A DNA stretch of 63,285 nucleotides, counting the filler, from Aduncisulcus paluster (lineage: Eukaryota), in the NCBI GenBank assembly GCA_024181965.1. It is 13 parts of 13 records of this genome, joined end to end, with 100 filler letters (N's around TTAATTAATTAA, not from the genome) between each part and the next. Parts side by side here need not be neighbours in the genome. Positions count along the whole stretch, not along the records: positions 1 to 6,372 come from BQXS01011621.1; positions 6,473 to 16,242 come from BQXS01011622.1; 11 more parts are not named here. The stretch is one strand, 5' to 3'. Position numbers and translations under genes: made by a program. Within the stretch, counting starts at the first letter, position 1. Each line of letters begins with the position of its first letter. Positions 1 through 11,918 of the stretch are shown one piece after another. The notes under the pieces were generated by a model. The model was not told the DNA's origin, did no database searches, and saw only the letters and a list, made by a program, of their open reading frames with translations.

Positions 1-3000
1 ATTGCATACCTTCAATGGATCTCACAGTATTGCGTACGGTGAAACCAGAGATCGTTTCCACTTCCTCAATTCCAATATCATCCACAAAGGATGAATCGTC
101 ACAATTCGTGCTCGAGAACCCAAGAGAAGTACAAATGGAATGTTTCAACACGGCATCCATGTTAAGAGTCCCAAGAGTGACATTCGGGGCAATCGTACAC
201 AGATCTCCCACATATGAGTCAGTGCATGTGCATTGGTGAGTCAAAGTATTACACCCACTGCTGTGTTCACTCTTGCACACTTGATCCTGGGAATCGACAG
301 GACATTCAGAAGTACACTCTTTCCCATACCACCCATCAATACACATGATGGAAATGGTGTTGGATGATACTTCTGTTCCATCGGATCCATCGCCAGCACA
401 GAGCATATTGTCGGAGGACAAGTTGTGACATTTCTCATACATCTCTGGAGATTCAGTGCGATCGATTAACACACATGCAGAGTTGTCAGAACTAATACTC
501 ACAGAAACATCATGGTAGCATGAACTGCAACACGTTGGTTCCCAATGATCTGACCAAGATTCTTTGCAAACGATTCCTGACTCAAAGGAGAAGGATGATG
601 TCAGAGCTGAACAGTTACAAGTGTTGGCACTGGCAGAGAATGAAGCCAGCGATAAACGAGTCTTGACATCACCAATACCATCGGCATCCATTCCACATAT
701 CAAGTTATCATCAAGGTCAAGGGAGACAAGGGAAGTGAAGGAAACAGAGTAAAGGGGAGTTGGGTCGGAGATGGAGTTTGCACTAAGATCCAAAGAAGAG
801 AGGGAAGGTGGAAGTGAGGACACAAATCCTCCCAACTCAGAGATCTCATTCTTGTTCAAAGTCAGAGAGACCAACGATTTCAAGCCAGAGAAGTCAATCG
901 GGAATTCAAACACAGAGTCAAGAATCGAGACAGATGTGAGTGAAGCGGGAAGAGTTGAAATCATTGCATTCGTGAGAACTCGATCAATACTGTCGAGAGT
1001 CAACTCCTTCAATGATTCAAGAGAGGAGAAGTCAATGTCGGATGTGATGTTAATGGATGAGATCGATATGGATTGTAAAGAGGTTGGTAAGTCCTCGATG
1101 AACACATATCCAATGATAAGATTGCCATCAGAATCTAACAAAAGTTCCTCAAGGTTGGTCAAGAATGATAGACTGAGATCTGATGCAAGTGATATATTGG
1201 CCAAGGACAAGAGTTCAAGAGATGTGGGCAAGTCACTCATAGATGTATTCCCAATCTCTAAGCTACTAGTAGCAGTGCCATCAACGGACAAAGAGAGTAG
1301 ATTTGTGGCAGATGATAACCCTTCAAATGAATCAACATTCGAAGCTGAGAGAGTTGTCAGTTCAAGGATTGTAACGGTATTAAGAGTACAATCAGAGGTA
1401 GAAGAATATCCAAGTTGAGTACAAATGGCATTCTTCAAGTTTTCATCTGGAATCTCAATATTTGAGGATGATACAACACAAAGTTCCAATCCTTCATCAT
1501 AATAATAACCATTCCAACACTTACTCCCCCATGTATCCGAAGAATTCTTGGAACATATCTCATTCTCACTGAAATCAGGTTCTGGAGAACACATGCATGT
1601 TTGCTCGGACTCGGAAGACTCAAGGGAGAAAGATGAGTTCGTGAAGTATGAAGTCAGCTCGGAGTTCACATCGGCAATGTCACAGATCAAATTGTCACTG
1701 ATGTTGAGGGACAACAACACATCGGAGGGCAAAGGTGTGGTTGATCCATTCTCATTGATCAGAACTGATACATCAGAGATCTGATTGGAATGCACATCGA
1801 TGCTTGTTAATGCGGATAAGGTTGTGAGTGGAGAGATGTTAGCAATACTATTCGAACTCACATTGATGGATGTCATAGAACCAATGTGCTCCACACCTGC
1901 AAGAGAGGAGACACTACTTGATGGACATGTCAAAGAAGTGGATGCAGAAATGTTCTTCAAGGAAGCAACACCGAACTCATACGTCCCATCGCCAACAGCA
2001 ACCTTGTCAGCAGCATCGATCATGTCGGACACACATCCATGCAAGGCCACATCAGGCACAACACTAGCACACGAATGGGTGCCATCGGAGTTCGCACGAC
2101 ATTCGGACCCATACCCACATCCACCAGAACAGTCTGCAGAGCGTGTGCATGTGAATGTGTCCGAATCAGAGTACGTGTAATACGAGNNNNNNNNNNNNNN
2201 NNNNNNCTCCACACCTGCAAGAGAGGAGACACTACTTGATGGACATGTCAAAGAAGTGGATGCAGAAATGTTCTTCAAGGAAGCAACACCGAACTCATAC
2301 GTCCCATCGCCAACAGCAACCTTGTCAGCAGCATCGATCATGTCGGACACACATCCATGCAAGGCCACATCAGGCACAACACTAGCACACGAATGGGTGC
2401 CATCGGAGTTCGCACGACATTCGGACCCATACCCACATCCACCAGAACAGTCTGCAGAGCGTGTGCATGTGAATGTGTCCGAATCAGAGTACGTGTAATA
2501 CGAGTCACTCATACAAGTAACAGTCCAAGTCTCGGATGAAGGAGCTGTCTCAGAGCACACAAGACCTTCAGAGATGGCTGCAATGGTGCTGTCAGAGTCA
2601 GGGTCGAGAGATGGACAGTTACAGGTTTGATTACCAAAATATATGCCAATATGTTTTGATTTAAACAATGCAATGAGAGTGCCTTCATCTTCATTTCCAA
2701 AACAAATGTTGTTGTTGCCGAGTTCAATTTTCAGTTCAACAGATTCGTTTACATTTGTGATATCGAATAATGGGGAAACGTCACTTATCATATTTCCAAA
2801 GAGAGAAAGGTACTCTAAATATGACGACTCGAATGAGGACAAAGGAGAAACATCACTGATCAGGTTTCCAGAAAGATCAATATAAGAAAGAAAAGGTAAG
2901 TTTACAATCGGTGTGATATCTTCAATAAGATTATCATCCAATTCAATGTGCCTTAGCTGTTCCATTGAAGAAAGGACAGAAATATCTGATATAGAATTCT

Positions 3001-5671
3001 TGTATCCAACTATGTAAAGCAAATTGGGTAGAGAAGCAACAAAAGAAATATCTGAAATATTATTATGAGAAATGTCCATATAGAATAGAGAAGTACAGGA
3101 TGAAAGGGAAGACGCATCATCAATATCATTGTATTCAATTGAAAGAAAAACCAATGATTCAAAAGAAGACAAAGGAGATATATCAGTAATGCTATTATCA
3201 GAAATGAACAGTGCTCCAAGTCCAACAAGAGAAGATAAAGGAGAAATATCAGTGATATTGTTACCTCTTAAATACAGATATTTAAGGGAAATAAGGGCCG
3301 AAAGCGAAGAAATATCTTCGATTGCATTGTAAGCTAGATTTAAATACTTGAGAGAGACAAGATCTTTGAGAGGTGAAATATTAGAAACAGCATTATAAAA
3401 CAAGTCTAACCATTCCAGAGAAGTCATCATACTGAGAAGAGAAATGTCCTCGACGGATCTTCCAGCAAGAACTAATTTCTTCAATGAATAGCAAGACTCA
3501 GTTGCAAGGAAAGATATGTCTGAGAGCTCAGCATTATAGCCGAAATCAAGAACTTGAAGACTGGTCAAAGAGGACAAGTCGGGACCATGGATCAATTGCA
3601 TATAAATCAGAATTAGTTCGCTAATATTGGGCGGTATGATAGCTTCGGACATATCAGACCAAGATCCAAAAAACTTCAAATGTCTCAGATCTGTAGCAGA
3701 TCCCAGATCGAAATTGGTTGGTTCATTCACGAAGATTGTAAGGTCTGTTAACCCTGCAATTGAAGATATGACACTCGAAAACTGAGTTGCATCAGATAAA
3801 CCACACCTAGGAAACATGATCGATTGTAGGGTAGATGCAGTGGATAGATTCGAGAAGTCGGTGATATGATTATTATCTTCCCATGAAAAAACACGCAATT
3901 TGGGAACAGTGGAAAAGTCAGGAACAGAAGTAAAATCTGACGGTGGGTTAGGCAATCCTAGATACTCAAGAGAAGGGAATGAAGGAATCGAAACATCAAT
4001 GAGTTTATAAACGTCATTCATATTTAGCACCTTGAGAGAAGATAAGAGGGATAAAGAAGAAATATCAGGAGTCTCAATAGAAGAAGAAGAAGGAGTACTA
4101 ATCAATGTCAAACTCTCCAACTTAGATAATTGAGCAATATTTTCCAGACCAGACTCATCAAAATAATTTGGGCATGCAATTGATAATTGTCGGAGATTAG
4201 GGAGATTAGACATGTCAGGAATATTAACACATGCAACATCAAAATCAGATTTTTTACCAATTCTCAGGGACTCCAAGTTGGTGGCTTCATTGAGGAAGGC
4301 ATAGCTATCGATTGTGATATCATAAGAACTGATATCTAATACTTTAAGATTTGATACATCAATGGAAGTAATGTCAAAAGCAGGAAAATAGGAACCATCT
4401 AAAACCAAATACTCTAACTGAGTTAAGGTTGATATCCAAGATATATCCCAATCTTCATCATAAGAATCCCATCCAGAAAGAATCAAATGTGATAGCTTGG
4501 TAAGGGATGAAAGATCAGGAGAATTGAAACAAGTTCCTGAATTTTCAAGTTCCAAATATTTGAGGTTTTGAAATTCACCCAAGACCATACAATCTCCTTC
4601 TATCATAGCATCCCGGAAACTAAGATACTCCAGTGTATCTTTGACTTGAATGAGCTTGGAAAGATTAACAATACAACTTGAGATTTCAAGATGAATAAGG
4701 TTTGGAAGGTTGTCAATGAAATCTAGATATGTATAAGCCATGAATCCTATGATAAGCTCAGTCACAGTGGATGGAATGGAGTTAAAGTCTCGGGTATTAT
4801 ATGTTTCAAGATACATAAAATCCGCTAAATAATCATATTGTCTAGGGCCACTAATATATTTTTGTTAAATGTTCAAAGACGTTACACTCGCAGGCAAAGG
4901 TGAGAGGTCGACCACATTGGTGCCACTCAGATCCAACGTCGTCAATGCTGGGAGTGCAGACCCATCGGACAGGGCGAGACTCGTAAAGAAGGTGGGGAAC
5001 GTGACACTCGTGCGTCCAGCAACGGAAAGCGTGGTGAGTGAGGCTGGGAACATGCCTTGCACAGTGACATCATAGTTATTGTCGGAGTCGAACAGAGGAC
5101 TCAAGGAGGACAGCTGAGTCGCCCAGTAATCGCCAGAAGAAACGTCGCCAACGGTCAAGTACAATGCACGCAGAGACGTCAGACGCGAGAAATCCGTATT
5201 CGGCGCAATGTCGATGTTATTCAGCGTCAGTGTCTCAAGACTCGTGGGAAGCTGCTCGATATCACTGGTGCCCATCTGTTTGGACACGGACGACGTGTTG
5301 CTCACATACAGCGTCGTGAGGTTCGTCGCACCACCAAGCCCAGCGAAGGAGTCAACAAAGTACGTGTTCAGGGAGGTCAGATCTTGGAGGTCGTCAGAAG
5401 TCAGGTCGTCACAATGAGCTCCATGGTTAAGGGCAAGGCAGACGTCATTCAGGAGGAAAGAATCTGGAATGACATCAGAGGAACCATAAATGGGAAGGAC
5501 AAGCATAATGGCGAATAATACCCAAATAATGTGCAGGGAAGCAATGGGGCTGAGGCAAGCAGAAGTGAATCTCAGCTTGGTCTTAGAATGGCTGGAATTA
5601 TTATAACCAGCAATAGTTCTGGACCAAGAAGGATTAAAATGATTTGTCTTAAACATTTTAATGATTTTCAT
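1..5671 (-). CDS. Giant secreted/surface LRR protein with Cys-rich/EGF-like modules (3' partial; one in-frame TAA at 4865-4867, possibly a pseudogene)
   Basis: Hydrophobic N-terminal segment (LHIIWVLFAIMLVLPIYG), then internalin-like LRRs (ISDISPLSSL..LxL..N) alternating with Cys-rich blocks. Reading continues in the same frame after the TAA (SLNI*QKYISG...SIPSTVTEL) and aligns with the paralog at 56944-59301. The frame appears open from 4864 to the window start, which explains its absence from the ORF track. Confidence 0.85.
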
Positions 5672-5901
5672 GTGTCAAAAATGTGCTTGAGAAATAAATT
5701 TTTCCCTCAAGGTTAAATCATGTCAAAAGAAAGGAGTTTATGTTTTAACCAACCTATTATTTTTTCATTTTATAAATTTGATTTTGTTAACTTGATTATT
5801 TTACCCATATTCAGGTCGAACGATTTTGACTTCTTCAGATTATTTTTTTTTAGTTGAAACTAAAAAAGTATTTTTGTAGGTTTCATTGAGGAATGGATAT
5901 T

Positions 5902-6311
5902 TCATTTCAAATACATAAAAATGGATGAATAATGAATGTATACGACGGTTTCAAGGGGTAAAAACTCGGTGATACTTGCATCAACAGTAGAGATACTTAT
6001 CCATGTCTCGTCGGCAATCCACTTCTTGAAATCGATTTGACCATCATTACTAACCCAGATAATGTGGCATTTAGATCCCCAAACAACCATGTTTTGAAGA
6101 TTCGAATTTCGAATCGGATTCCATTTTCTACAGAGACAAAGTCTTTAAGAGAATGATAAAATCGGCAACTAATCACGTTTATACAAATCATAATAAATGG
6201 ATATATGGACATCATGTTGACAACCTCGGGAGTAATGGAAGTTGTAGCGACTATCGGAAGTTCTGGAAGGTTATATACTAATATCGAGAAATCTCTTCTT
6301 GGAAAACACAA
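5902..6311 (-). CDS. Possible 3' exons of an unknown intron-containing gene (partial)
   Basis: Two overlapping minus-strand ORFs preceded by a TACTAAC branch-like motif (~6340-6346) and a pyrimidine-rich ...TTTTCCAAG acceptor-like site. No recognisable domain. Confidence 0.3.
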
Positions 6312-6372
6312 TCAAGGCAATCATTTTACATAGTTATGGTTAGTAGCATAAAACATTCGGACATGGGAGGTC

Positions 6373-6472
6373 NNNNNNNNNNNNNNNNNNNNNNNNNNNN
6401 NNNNNNNNNNNNNNNNTTAATTAATTAANNNNNNNNNNNNNNNNNNNNNNNNNNNNNNNNNNNNNNNNNNNN
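6373..6472. other. Artificial 100-nt scaffold spacer (first of 12)
   Basis: N-run + TTAATTAATTAA (stops in all six frames) + N-run. Also at 16243, 20273, 22816, 25448, 29160, 31869, 35443, 50494, 54340, 56844 and 59302. Confidence 0.98.
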
Positions 6473-7088
6473 GATTTAACAAGTGGATATTCCAATGTCT
6501 TCGCCTTGATCACTGTCTTTGGTATTTAATTCATTCATGGAATCGCAATGCAAGCATCTGATTTCAACACGCCTGGGGACTCTAGGAGTGAGAGGAGCAG
6601 GAGGTGGAAAGAAAGACTCCTGGTCCGGCTCGGATGTGCATTATGTCGCAGAGAGCTGTGCTGTCTCAAGGATTATGAAATGAAGACTTTGGAAACTGAT
6701 CCCAGACCGCCTGTATGACGTGTCTGGAGACCTCTGTTTTAAACCAAAAACTGAAGTTTTTCTGAAAGAAAAATTTATATAGCAAAATAATCAATTATCA
6801 AAAGGAAGTCTTCGTTTATTTCTTTTCGCACAAAGCAGAGTTTGCCGTCATATGAATAAAGTAAAGTGATTTACTTCTTCTTCTTTTGTCTACATCGGAA
6901 ATCCTTTTGGAATTTGTGGAAAACTCAAGAAAAAATAAATACTGTCAAAATATGGGTATTTTCAACAATGTTAATTTTCTTTCCATATTTCTCAATCATA
7001 TGGTTCATGAATTTCCAAGTTACAACTCAATCACGATTTGTCTACAATTTTAATTATTTCAAAATTGTGAACGCAATTGTCGTGAAAA

Positions 7089-8447
7089 ATGCTTGAATCC
7101 AGAATATTTTGTGAAGAAACTCCCTCCACCACACTTCCTACCTCGATGAAAACTGGACTGAAACGTAGACATGCTGATTTCGATTCCCAGAGCAATTTAC
7201 TTTTACTTACTGAAGCAATTTCATCGAAGCCTCATCAGTCGTGGAGATATCAACGTCCAGGATACTATGATATTCTGGCTATGAATTATGAACAGCATAC
7301 AGGAGTTCCCCTATTTGATCTTGATATTTTGACCCAAAATTCTGTATTCGAGGATTTGTTTGATTCCGCAATGCCCGCAGTATCACCTCGTATTGCATAC
7401 CATCAGCATTTTCACGAGGATTCTCATGAAAATCAGCATCAGTCTTTATCCGATCGGGATAGTGACCCCAATTCATCGTCTTTTATTCTTATTCAAAGTG
7501 AGAAGCCTGTAATTCCCAAAGTTATTGCCCCTGTGAATGTAGAGGCTGAGGAATCCGTGACCCCCGCCTTAGTTGACGAGATTATGCCCTCCAAGATTGA
7601 GAAACCTGTGGCCCCAAAGGTTGGGAAGGTCCGCAAGCCCAAGTCTTCCAAATCCAGGAGAACCAGGAAATGTTCTGACGATTCTTATGTTGTCACTGGA
7701 AAATATGTGACCGACTCACACTCGATGCCCGACTTATCTTGTGATGTCTCCTTTGATGAACCCGGATTTGTTATTGTCAGAAGGGACATGTTCACCCTAA
7801 AGTTGATTCTTCGAGGAATCCCTGGACTTTCTCCCTATGACCCAACCTTCGCTGCCACCATCAAAACCCACCCGGCTTTCCGTGGATGCAAATATCCAAT
7901 CCCCAATCCCCCCACTCTTCTTTCTCAGGCACGTGATAAGTCATATGTTACTTCCACTGTCCCTCAAAACACTATCTTTATTATGCTCCTGTTATCGGTG
8001 CCATTTTTCGACGTTTTAAAGCCTGGAACAAACTCTACTTTCATTCCCATATCCTCAAAGACTGGTTCTGCCCTCATCACGAAGGAAGCCAAGTTGATAA
8101 TGGGCCACTTGATCGGATATGAACTTGGCAGGGTCACTAGCACTGTCCGTAGTGTAATCGGTCGTGGATCCTTCAAAAGCCACAAAAAGAGCTTCCCAAA
8201 GATTATTACGGATATGTCCACAATGCCTCTGCAATATCTCTTGCTCAAATACGACGTTGATCCTTGTTATACGTGTCTGTGGCGTGAATATTGTGAAATT
8301 CAATTCGGCGAAGACATTACCAAGCCATACAACAGAGAAGTGCTTCAGAATCGCTTGAAATACATCATCAATGATAGATTGGATAGGACCACTGTGAGTA
8401 ATTCCCTTGGACTCGGAAACATTGGCTTTGGAATCCTTCCAAAATAA
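7089..8447 (+). CDS. Hypothetical protein (452 aa) with a basic NLS-like patch and a globular C-terminal half
   Basis: Long ORF, GC-richer than its flanks, ending TAA TGA. The 3' end is re-copied after the N-gap at 8500-8519. Confidence 0.8.
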   Translation: MLESRIFCEETPSTTLPTSMKTGLKRRHADFDSQSNLLLLTEAISSKPHQSWRYQRPGYYDILAMNYEQHTGVPLFDLDILTQNSVFEDLFDSAMPAVSPRIAYHQHFHEDSHENQHQSLSDRDSDPNSSSFILIQSEKPVIPKVIAPVNVEAEESVTPALVDEIMPSKIEKPVAPKVGKVRKPKSSKSRRTRKCSDDSYVVTGKYVTDSHSMPDLSCDVSFDEPGFVIVRRDMFTLKLILRGIPGLSPYDPTFAATIKTHPAFRGCKYPIPNPPTLLSQARDKSYVTSTVPQNTIFIMLLLSVPFFDVLKPGTNSTFIPISSKTGSALITKEAKLIMGHLIGYELGRVTSTVRSVIGRGSFKSHKKSFPKIITDMSTMPLQYLLLKYDVDPCYTCLWREYCEIQFGEDITKPYNREVLQNRLKYIINDRLDRTTVSNSLGLGNIGFGILPK

Positions 8448-8857
8448 TGAATCTCGATATACTCTCGAAAACAATAGTTATGCATTTGTATTTTAGTTCN
8501 NNNNNNNNNNNNNNNNNNNCTCTGCAATATCTCTTGCTCAAATACGACGTTGATCCTTGTTATACGTGTCTGTGGCGTGAATATTGTGAAATTCAATTCG
8601 GCGAAGACATTACCAAGCCATACAACAGAGAAGTGCTTCAGAATCGCTTGAAATACATCATCAATGATAGATTGGATAGGACCACTGTGAGTAATTCCCT
8701 TGGACTCGGAAACATTGGCTTTGGAATCCTTCCAAAATAATGAATCTCGATATACTCTCGAAAACAATAGTTATGCCTTTGTATTTTAGTTCCTTCTCTT
8801 GCTTTTTTGTTCGTTTTTATCATAAAATCTCTCTATAGTTCATTGTAGAACACTAGA

Positions 8858-8859
<2 letters not shown>

Positions 8860-8898
<39 letters not shown>

Positions 8899-8924
8899 CT
8901 CTTTCTTTCTTTCTTTCTTTCTCT
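8860..8924 (+). repeat. Compound microsatellite (CT)n-(CTTT)n
   Basis: Directly visible tract. Confidence 0.9.
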
Positions 8925-10391
8925 TATATAAATTATTGCCAGCACTTTTTTTGGTTTGCATTTCCTTCTTACGACATTTGTTTCACCTCATGCACATCAG
9001 AATAGTATAGAATATCTATCTCTAAATTCTCTTGTGAAGAGAATTCTATTTTTAGAAAGCTTGAGAGAAATCATCACTTTAATTCCCTTCTGAAAGTAAT
9101 GATATTTTCAGCTTTCCTCTTTCTTCTCTCTCTTTTTCAACAATTGCTCATAAATGTCGCATGAGTATACGTGGTTTTCTGTTATTCTCACTATTATTAT
9201 TATTATTCCACTAATCTCTTTATTATATATATATAATATATATTATTAATATTTCCAGAAAAACAAAAATTTTGGTTAAAATGTACTTGTCTTGAGTACA
9301 TATTTTGGTTTTCAGTTATCCGTAATTATTCTTGCATTCGCTTTATCTACACAAAGAAACGATAAAGCTTATTATGAATGTTTGTTTTTGTTTTAGATAT
9401 GACTTTCAATTATAAATATTTTCCAATATCACCGTCCTCCCATTGTGCTTGGGGACTATGTACTCGTATGATTGCTAAAAATAGGGTTTGAGAAAATATT
9501 CCAAGGTCCCTTCCTTCCTTCTCTCTCTCTCTCTCTATTTTTGCAATTTTTTTTTCTTTTTGTTTGTTTGTTTGTTTGGTTTTTGGTAGCAATTCCCTGT
9601 CGCCCTTTCTTGTTGTCCATGACTCCGTTATCCCTTGCTATTTGTCTATTATCATTATTATTATTATCTCAATAACCTTCTCATAGATCTAAAATTAGCA
9701 ATTCCTATATATACATCCAACCCGAATATAGATCTAAATGTTTTTATTCAGTCTTTTCTCTGTTATTTTCTCAAAATACCTCTCTCTAAAACATTTTTCC
9801 AAGTCAAAAACGGAGGTCATGTGATCTCAAACACTTTTTTTTGTATTGATTATTCAATGTATTTTTCCTCTTTTTATTCTATTTCGGTCCCCCTTTTTTT
9901 GAACTATGTAGTACCTTTTGCAATAGTACATTTTTGTTTCAGTTTTTTATTATTATTTGTATGAATTGGAGATATTATTATTTGATATCACCCTCTTGAT
10001 AGCTTTATATTTGCAGTATAGTTGTGTACTATATAAGCTTTTTCCCTTTGTAATTTTTTTATTATTTATTTTGTGTCACACAAGACGGTCTCGTCTTTAG
10101 GTACGCCTTCAAAGTTTGATATTTTCAAACATTACCCGAGACAGTATTAGATAATCTAATAAAATTATTGGATTTTTATAATTGAAGGGCTTTCCTATTC
10201 ACTTCAAGCAAATTGTTAAATTCACATAGCAAGGGTAAATTTACAGTTGTTTATTTAAATTTCGGCCCAAAGCATTGTTCACCTTCCTAAATCACGCTTT
10301 TTTTTCCTGTTCAGGCACGAAAATCAACTCAGGCCATTTCACGACCCTTTTGTTTACATCTTCAACCTCGAATATAATACAAAATCCACGA

Positions 10392-11674
10392 ATGAATAAT
10401 ATTTTGATATATTCTCTCATAATTCTTTTTTTGCTTTCCTTCAGCCATGCAATGCATGATTCTTATTTCAGTTCCAATGACTCATCAAATCGCCTTCCAG
10501 CCTATTCATTTTATAATTTTGCTGCTCGACAAGCATTTTCTCGCTCTTTAAGAATCCCAACAAAACTTAATGATGAAGTATTAACAGAAACTCCTGTTAT
10601 CGCTGTTTTAGTCCTTCCTCCATTGGATTATCCCAATGAAGATCGAGGAGAAATGGTTGCCAGTTATGTTAAATGGTTAGAATCAGCCGGTGCTCGCGTA
10701 GTCCCCTTGTTCTTCGATATTCCCGATGAAGAAATCGATCGGATTTTGGACTCTGTTAATGGTGTTTTATTCACTGGCGGGGAAGATTTTATTAGTCTTG
10801 ATCCTGAAAATGCCTATACTCACACTGCCCATCGTGTTTTAGATCGTGTAAAAGAATATAATGACCAAGGAATTACATTTCCACTCTGGGGAACATGTCT
10901 CGGCTTTGAGATGATCTGCTGCCTTGAAACTGACACCATGGATATTCTTTCTGCTACTGAAGGCGTTGAACGTATTGCTCTACCCCTCAATTTCACTTCA
11001 TATGCCTCTTCTTCCGCTCTTTACGCTGCATCATCCCATGCCGATGATGAAGTGTTATCTGTATGTGCTACTGAGAATGTTGCTCTCAATGCNNNNNNNN
11101 NNNNNNNNNNNNCCTTGAAACTGACACCATGGATATTCTTTCTGCTACTGAAGGCGTTGAACGTATTGCTCTACCCCTCAATTTCACTTCATATGCCTCT
11201 TCTTCCGCTCTTTACGCTGCATCATCCCATGCCGATGATGAAGTGTTATCTGTATGTGCTACTGAGAATGTTGCTCTCAATGCCCATTCATGGTCAGTTC
11301 TGATGACTGATTTCTATTCATATCCCGAACTCTACGAATCATACAATCTCTTATCCACCAATAAGTCTCCTGGTGATGATTCCGTGTTTGTTTCATCTAT
11401 TGAGCACACTACCTATCCTATTTTTGGCACACAATACCACCCTGAGAAGAATGGCTATGAATTCTTCTCACAATATCCTGATTCTATCCATGCGAAAGAG
11501 AGTGTTCGCGCTATGCATACGTTGGCCGAGAATTTTGTCATGTATGCCCGAATGAATGATAACTCCTTCGATGATGAAGACGAATTGAATAATAGTCTTA
11601 TCTATAATTATGATCCCACCTTCACAGGAAAGAACGATGGAGTAATGGAACAAACCTATTATTTTCCACTTTAA
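10392..11674 (+). CDS. GGH: Gamma-glutamyl hydrolase (peptidase C26), secreted/lysosomal
   Basis: Signal peptide MNNILIYSLIILFLLSFSHA; motifs ASYVKWLESAGARVVP, NGVLFTGG, PLWGTCLGFE (catalytic Cys) and QYHPEK (catalytic His). Split into two ORFs only by the N-gap duplication at 11093-11112. Confidence 0.93.
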
Positions 11675-11918
11675 TGAGAGCTTTGATTGGAATTAATCCA
11701 ATGTAAATAGATATTACATCGATTTTATATATAATACATTATAATTTTATTCTTGATCCGCCCTAGTCCCATGCAAGTCTCTAGCAGCGCGAAAAACATA
11801 CTTACAGACATATTTATAGTAAAATAATTCATAAAAGATTATATTAGTGAAATATAATTGAGTATTTCGGAAAATTTTGTCTAAATTAAACAAACAAAAA
11901 ATAAATATCGTTTTTGTC

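Noticed and set aside
771..2498. Numerous antisense and alternate-frame ORFs (e.g. 771-1418, 1785-2180, 27715-28912, 38275-38991)
   Set aside because: Shadows of real genes caused by codon bias and Ser/Glu/Lys low complexity.
1889..2504. Direct duplications of ~170-330 bp flanking 20-N gaps (also at 8500, 11093, 12851, 26636, 42855, 45181, 48669)
   Set aside because: Same pattern eight times, always around exactly 20 N: unmerged contig overlaps. The few mismatches near copy ends are likely read-end errors or alleles.
4865..4867. Genome-wide TAA/TAG-to-Gln code
   Set aside because: Many 700-1200-codon ORFs have no internal TAR, and conserved proteins such as GGH end at TAA.
6417..6428. Recurrent TTAATTAATTAA palindrome
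   Set aside because: Always centred in a 100-nt N spacer. It is an artificial six-frame-stop linker, so genes on different scaffolds are not real neighbours.
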